DNA from: Oceanispirochaeta sp.
GTDB taxonomy: Bacteria > Spirochaetota > Spirochaetia > DSM-2461
Length of the DNA stretch: 64,000 nt
NCBI GenBank assembly: GCA_963663385.2
Contig: CAXXXD010000003.1
Location: forward strand, 1,536,001 to 1,600,000
Direction: 5' to 3'
The notes below the pieces were generated by a model. It was not told where the DNA came from. It ran no database searches and saw only the letters and a list, made by a program, of their open reading frames with translations. Below are positions 59,334 through 64,000 of this stretch, piece after piece (the stretch's first letter is position 1; every line of letters starts with the position of its first letter). A program made the position numbers and the translations under genes.

Positions 59334-59900
59334 TCAGTGAGGAGTCGTTCTGTTGGACAGGGCTCTTGCAACCAGAAAGATACCGCTGAAGAGAGAAAGG
59401 GTTCCTATTATCCGGAACAGCAGCAATGCTGAAAAAACAGGTGCAAAACAGAGAAGTATACCCATAAGCACTGTCAACAGGCTTCCGATCCGTTCCCGCC
59501 TGTCCTTTGAACGGAAATCCGGATTTAAAAGATCCTGCATGCTGTTTATAATCAGAAATATTCCCCCTGCAATAAGCGGTATTCCCATCCCGATTTTTGC
59601 AAAGCTGAAGGGGTACCACAGTATAAAAATACCAGCAATAAGCATCAGAATACTCCTGACAAGAAGCTTCCACCAATGATCTTTAACGCTGCTGAGCTTG
59701 AAAGCCAGAACCGTCTGCCCCAGACCGAGCATAAACAGATAAAGTCCGAACATAACAGACATGAATATCAAACCGACTTTGGGGAAAATCAGCAGAATTA
59801 TTCCTGCAAGGGAAACAATCCCCCCCTGTATAAGGGGGTATAACCAGAGACTTCTGTAAAAATCACCGCTCTCACCGGCATCTTCAATAGTAACCTTCAT
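59334..59900 (-). CDS. HdeD/DUF308-family membrane protein
   Basis: About six TM segments with repeated GI-x-x-x-x-x-P units. Confidence 0.8.
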   Translation of the reverse strand: MKVTIEDAGESGDFYRSLWLYPLIQGGIVSLAGIILLIFPKVGLIFMSVMFGLYLFMLGLGQTVLAFKLSSVKDHWWKLLVRSILMLIAGIFILWYPFSFAKIGMGIPLIAGGIFLIINSMQDLLNPDFRSKDRRERIGSLLTVLMGILLCFAPVFSALLLFRIIGTLSLFSGIFLVARALSNRTTPH

Positions 59901-59903
59901 ACA

Positions 59904-60353
59904 CTACTCCAAAACTTTTACCAGCACCTCCGGTTCCAGTCTGAAGGAAGAACCTTTTCCCTCCAGAAAATGATGTTTCTGCATCAGATGGAGAGACAAA
60001 GCTGAAACCATAACGGAAGAACCATTAGCAATATTCTTAATCTCAGTCGTGATCTTTCTATGGATCCCGTCTTCAAAAGGACAGGCAAGATGCCCACGGG
60101 CTTCCGTAGTCTGAACCAGCCATTTTTCATCTATGGTAATCGGCTCGCCCAGACCATTGCGTCCTTCTTCCATAAGATTCTTCAGAATTTGCACCGTATC
60201 GTCAAGATCCAGTTTGTAATAGCGCATCAGTTCTTCATCTTCCGTGATGATATCCTGAAGCGGCCTTTTATCTTCGCCCAGGAATCCGTCTGCGGTGATA
60301 ACACCCGGAAACATATTCTCCTGGGCTTTTCTCATGTTAGGTGACATTTTCAT
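59904..60353 (-). CDS. Conserved-looking hypothetical protein with Cys/His cluster
   Basis: ATG 60353 after AGGAGG; RGHLACPFEDGIH and HLMQKHHFLEGKGS; directly downstream of nqrF-like. Confidence 0.75.
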   Translation of the reverse strand: MKMSPNMRKAQENMFPGVITADGFLGEDKRPLQDIITEDEELMRYYKLDLDDTVQILKNLMEEGRNGLGEPITIDEKWLVQTTEARGHLACPFEDGIHRKITTEIKNIANGSSVMVSALSLHLMQKHHFLEGKGSSFRLEPEVLVKVLE

Positions 60354-60377
60354 GATTCGCACCTCCTGCTCCTGATA

Positions 60378-61490
60378 TCAGGCAAACTTATCATAATATA
60401 TCTTTTCCAATGGGATATTATTGGCGGTCATTACATTATTGCAGGCATTGATCATCCCGGGGCTGCCGCACAGGTATCCTTCCATATCCTTATCAGGACC
60501 AATTTTTTCTTTAATATAACGATCAAGAACATCTGTAATCAGTCCGGTATCTCCGGTCCAGTTATCTTCAGGCTGCGGTTCGGATAGAGCCGGTATAAAG
60601 TGAAAATTCGGCAGCCGTGCTTCGAGTTCCTTCATTTCATCCAGATAGAACATATCCTTCAGGGAACGGGCCCCGAAGAAGTACCAGACATCCCGATCGG
60701 TTATTTCCCTGTCTGCCATATCATGCAGAATGGATTTGAAAGGAGCCATCCCCGAACCGCCTGCGACACAGACCATAACAGCCTTTGTATCCGATCGCTG
60801 AAACTCTCCAAAGGGACCGATCAAATCCATGGTATCCCCTTCTTTCAGATGCTTATGAACATATGTTGTCGCTATTCCGCCGGGAACCAGACGGATAAGC
60901 ACCTCTACCCTGTTGTTATCCAAGGGACGGGAAGACATGGAATAGGCTCTCTGGGTTGTTCCCTTTACTTTGTCGTAAGGAGGAATCACAACCTGTATAT
61001 ACATCCCCGATTCAAAATTTATTGTATCCTCTCCCAGATCAAAAAGGACTTCCTTTATATCGTAGGTCAGATCCCTGATACTTATGACTTTGGCCTTGAA
61101 CTGTTTTACATTAAAGAGAGAGTCGGGAATCTCAATACTGATATCCGCTTTTACCTTAACCTGACAGGAAAGGCGGATATTGTCGGCAATTTCCCGGTTA
61201 GACAGATAGGGAGTTTCTGTCGGGAGATGGGGACCTATATTGCTTAGAACCCGGCATTTACAGGCTCCGCAGCTTCCTCTTCCCCCACAGGCGGAAGGCA
61301 GGAAAATACCTTCCGAAGCCAGAAGGGAGAGAAGCGGTTCACCTCCTTTTACATTCAGTTCCTTCTTTCCGTTGTTTATGTCAATTTTCACCTCGCCATA
61401 GTTATTGACAATGCTGTCCACAATGGCAATCAAAGCTGCCAGAACAGCTGATATACCGGCAATGGTTAAAGGTGCTATAATAAAACTCAT
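60378..61490 (-). CDS. nqrF: NqrF-like [2Fe-2S]/FAD/NAD oxidoreductase subunit
   Basis: N-terminal TM, SACGGRGSCGACKC...RLSCQ, RAYSMSS, GGSGMAP, YLCGSPGM. Confidence 0.85.
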   Translation of the reverse strand: MSFIIAPLTIAGISAVLAALIAIVDSIVNNYGEVKIDINNGKKELNVKGGEPLLSLLASEGIFLPSACGGRGSCGACKCRVLSNIGPHLPTETPYLSNREIADNIRLSCQVKVKADISIEIPDSLFNVKQFKAKVISIRDLTYDIKEVLFDLGEDTINFESGMYIQVVIPPYDKVKGTTQRAYSMSSRPLDNNRVEVLIRLVPGGIATTYVHKHLKEGDTMDLIGPFGEFQRSDTKAVMVCVAGGSGMAPFKSILHDMADREITDRDVWYFFGARSLKDMFYLDEMKELEARLPNFHFIPALSEPQPEDNWTGDTGLITDVLDRYIKEKIGPDKDMEGYLCGSPGMINACNNVMTANNIPLEKIYYDKFA

Positions 61491-61514
61491 CCTGTTTAAA
61501 CCTCCCTTTCCGTT

Positions 61515-62108
61515 CTACTGAACACTCAGCATTCCGGAGAATCCAATAAAAGCCATTGCCATGAATCCAATTGTAATCAGGGTAATACCCGGACCTTCCA
61601 GACCCGCCGGAACAGGTGATTTCATCAGTTTCTTCTGAATGGCGGCCAGGGCCATAATAGCCAGCCACCAGCCCAGTCCGGAGCCCAGTCCGTAAAAAAG
61701 GGTTTGAAGAAGATCGTATTGACGTATCTCCATAAAGAGGGCCACACCCAGAATGGCGCAGTTAACTGTAATCAGAGGCAGAAAGATTCCCAGAGAGAGA
61801 TACAGAGCAGGAGAAACCCGGTCTATTACCATTTCAAGAATCTGAACCGTAGCAGCAATAACAATGATAAACACGATATATCGCAGATAGAGCAGATTCA
61901 GCGGAATAAGTAGATAATTCAGAACAGCCCAGTTTATGACAGCCGTTATGGCAAGAACCACCGTAACGGCCATCCCAAGTCCATTGGCAGATTTAATATC
62001 CTTGGAAATGGAAATAAACGAACACATGCCCAGAAAATTGGATAGTAGGATATTACTGGTAAATATGGAAGCAAAGAGAAGAACCACTGGGTGTATGTCA
62101 GGAGTCAT
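61515..62108 (-). CDS. nqrE: NqrE/RnfA-family membrane subunit
   Basis: NFLGMCSF, LGIFLPLITVNCAILG. Confidence 0.85.
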   Translation of the reverse strand: MTPDIHPVVLLFASIFTSNILLSNFLGMCSFISISKDIKSANGLGMAVTVVLAITAVINWAVLNYLLIPLNLLYLRYIVFIIVIAATVQILEMVIDRVSPALYLSLGIFLPLITVNCAILGVALFMEIRQYDLLQTLFYGLGSGLGWWLAIMALAAIQKKLMKSPVPAGLEGPGITLITIGFMAMAFIGFSGMLSVQ

Positions 62109-62716
62109 TTTGCCCCTCCTTTCTTAAGCATAATCGATTTTACGATCCAGAGAAATGTTCCCAGGAGAAAAAAGGCGCTGGGGGCCATAACCATAATGGT
62201 CCATTTTATAAAACTGTCCGGCAGTACGGGAAAACCGAAAAGTGTACCGAATCCCAGCAGCTCCCTGATAAAAGCAATTATCATCAGAACCCACATATAA
62301 CCCAGACCGGATGTAACACCGTCCCAGAACGACAAGAATGGGCTGTTTGACTGGGCGAAAGCTTCTGCCCGCCCCATGATAATACAGTTTGTAATGATCA
62401 ACCCTACATAGGGCCCGAGGGATTTGCTGATTTCAGGCAGGTAGGCCCGCAGGAGTATATCTACAATAATCACATAGAAAGCTATAATAAGAGTCTGAAC
62501 AATCATTCGAACCTTTCGGGGAATCAGACTTTTCAGAAGTGAAACCGTAAAATTGGTAAAAGCGGATACAAAAACCAGTCCCAGAGTCATGATCATGGTA
62601 TTGGCCATGTTATTTGTCACAGCCAGGGTAGAACAGATTCCCAGAATCTGTATAAAAACCGGATTATTATGCCAGATATTCTCTTTAAGTATGGCGGAAG
62701 GGCTTTTTTCGTTCAT
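62105..62716 (-). CDS. nqrD: NqrD/RnfE-family membrane subunit
   Basis: NNPVFIQILGICSTLAVT, VGLIITNCIIMGRAEAFA. Confidence 0.87.
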   Translation of the reverse strand: MNEKSPSAILKENIWHNNPVFIQILGICSTLAVTNNMANTMIMTLGLVFVSAFTNFTVSLLKSLIPRKVRMIVQTLIIAFYVIIVDILLRAYLPEISKSLGPYVGLIITNCIIMGRAEAFAQSNSPFLSFWDGVTSGLGYMWVLMIIAFIRELLGFGTLFGFPVLPDSFIKWTIMVMAPSAFFLLGTFLWIVKSIMLKKGGAK

Positions 62717-63318
62717 TGATCCGCACCTCCCTTTTTCAGAATCTCCAATTGGGAATTTAGAATTTTTTCAACGGATTGACTGGTTTGGGAAGCGCCTGTT
62801 ATACCGTCGACAACCCCGTTGGCAGAGTCGGTATCTTTTTGGCCGCTTCCTTTGCGTACCGTTATCCGCCCCTCAACAATCCTCTCATTGCGGAACTGCT
62901 CCTTAAACCAGTCCTCGTCAATTCGTCCGCCCAGACCGGGGGTCTCATTGTGAGAGATAATCTCAAGCCCCCTGATGGTTTTAAGATCCTTATCCACAGC
63001 CAGGATGCCGCTGATAGTTCCCCACAATCCCGGACCACTGTAATACTTGACAAGAATAGACGTGCTATTCAAATCGGTTTTCATCAAATCCCCGGGATCC
63101 GGAATTTTATTAAAACGCATCGCATATTCAGATAAGACGGCTTCTTTATCAGAGGGAAGGATCCCCAGAGCTGACAGAACAGCCGCCTGAACAGCTATCT
63201 CCTTATTCTCTTCAACACGGGCTGAAGTTGCACCATTGGCCAGAGAAAGGAGAAAGACAAAAAAGAATGCTGTTACAAATGTAAAAAGGACTGTATAGGT
63301 TAATCCGTTTTTCTTCAT
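62713..63318 (-). CDS. nqrC: NqrC/RnfG-family FMN-binding subunit
   Basis: N-terminal TM, GPGLWG, HNETPGLGG, VDGITGASQTS; ATG 63318 in ATGA overlap. Confidence 0.85.
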   Translation of the reverse strand: MKKNGLTYTVLFTFVTAFFFVFLLSLANGATSARVEENKEIAVQAAVLSALGILPSDKEAVLSEYAMRFNKIPDPGDLMKTDLNSTSILVKYYSGPGLWGTISGILAVDKDLKTIRGLEIISHNETPGLGGRIDEDWFKEQFRNERIVEGRITVRKGSGQKDTDSANGVVDGITGASQTSQSVEKILNSQLEILKKGGADQ

Positions 63319-64000
63319 TTTCCGCCCCCCTTTTCTGTTTTGGAAGGAGTAGACCATTCATCAAGAAGTGAGGCAAAAGTATTCCCCATCAGGACTCCGA
63401 AGCTGGTTCCCTCCGGAAAAAGTGAAAATATCCTGACCAGACAGGTTACGGTTCCTATAAGGATGCCGTAAAGAATCTGTGCCCTGTTTTTTTTGGGAGC
63501 CGATACGGGATCCGTAGCCATAAAAACAATAACAAAAAGAACACTACCCGACAGAAGAGCTTCCAGAGGAGGAAAAGAAGCGGGTATCCCCGCAAAAAAC
63601 AGGATTGTGGAAAGAACACCGAAGCTGAGAACCGAAGACAATATGATACGCCAACTGGCTGTTTTAGTAAAAATCAGATACACCGCTGCCAATACGATAA
63701 GTATGATGGCGCTCTCTCCAAGGGAGCCGGAGCGGATTCCCATTATAAGATCAGCTATATCCGGCAGTCCGCCGCTGCGCATGACTTCCAGGGGAGTAGC
63801 GGTACTGACGGCATCCACCCCTGCCCTTCCGAAATGCCCCGGAACTTTCCAGGAAGATGTCATATAGGAGGGGAATGTTATGTAGACAAACAGACGCCCC
63901 GTAATAGCCGGATTAAAGATGTTTCTTCCGAATCCCCCGAAAATACATTTACCGAAGAGAACCCCGAAAACAATACCTATAACAGCTAACCATAAAGGGA
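63315..64000 (-). CDS. nqrB: NqrB/RnfD-family membrane subunit, partial (5' end beyond the window)
   Basis: Manual translation FGKCIFGGFGRNIFNPAITGR, DAVSTATPL, GSLGES, FMATDPVSAP, PEG; the frame is open to the window edge. Confidence 0.85.
   Translation of the reverse strand, partial: PLWLAVIGIVFGVLFGKCIFGGFGRNIFNPAITGRLFVYITFPSYMTSSWKVPGHFGRAGVDAVSTATPLEVMRSGGLPDIADLIMGIRSGSLGESAIILIVLAAVYLIFTKTASWRIILSSVLSFGVLSTILFFAGIPASFPPLEALLSGSVLFVIVFMATDPVSAPKKNRAQILYGILIGTVTCLVRIFSLFPEGTSFGVLMGNTFASLLDEWSTPSKTEKGGGK

Overview
Mostly core chromosome of an anaerobic spirochete-like bacterium (inferred from gene content and protein style, not proven). Left end: partial mfd, two conserved hypotheticals, metK, an AmmeMemoRadiSam radical SAM enzyme and tRNA-Asn(GTT). 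Right after the tRNA lies a ~13.6-kb compositionally mosaic accessory block (about 6700-20340) with no integrase. It holds a decayed ORF ending in what looks like the 3' end of a group IIC intron, a WYL/YafY regulator with an isochorismatase, a REP-like repeat, methyltransferases, a Crp/Fnr-linked NitT/TauT-type ABC transporter-MarR-giant CoA-activase operon, a zinc-ribbon membrane protein and an alpha/beta hydrolase. A long minus-strand run follows: an orphan Cas2-like gene heading an operon with prfB (programmed +1 frameshift), a CheY-like regulator, a PEGA protein, ftsY, lolCDE-like genes, mcsA (no mcsB), clpC and a TPR protein. Further right are a chemotaxis cluster (soluble MCP-like protein, cheB, cheR, cheA with an MshEN-like insert, STAS, cheY, cheW, cheD, Hpt), rlmKL, a large beta-barrel/Ig-repeat/OmpA protein, apbE, a pair of HAMP-GAF-SpoIIE proteins (one catalytically degenerate) and an NqrBCDEF/Rnf-like operon running off the right edge. 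No CRISPR array or other cas genes were seen. The strongest candidate for an undescribed system is the CRISPR-less Cas2-like gene overlapping prfB. All calls are by-eye motif recognition; no database searches were run.
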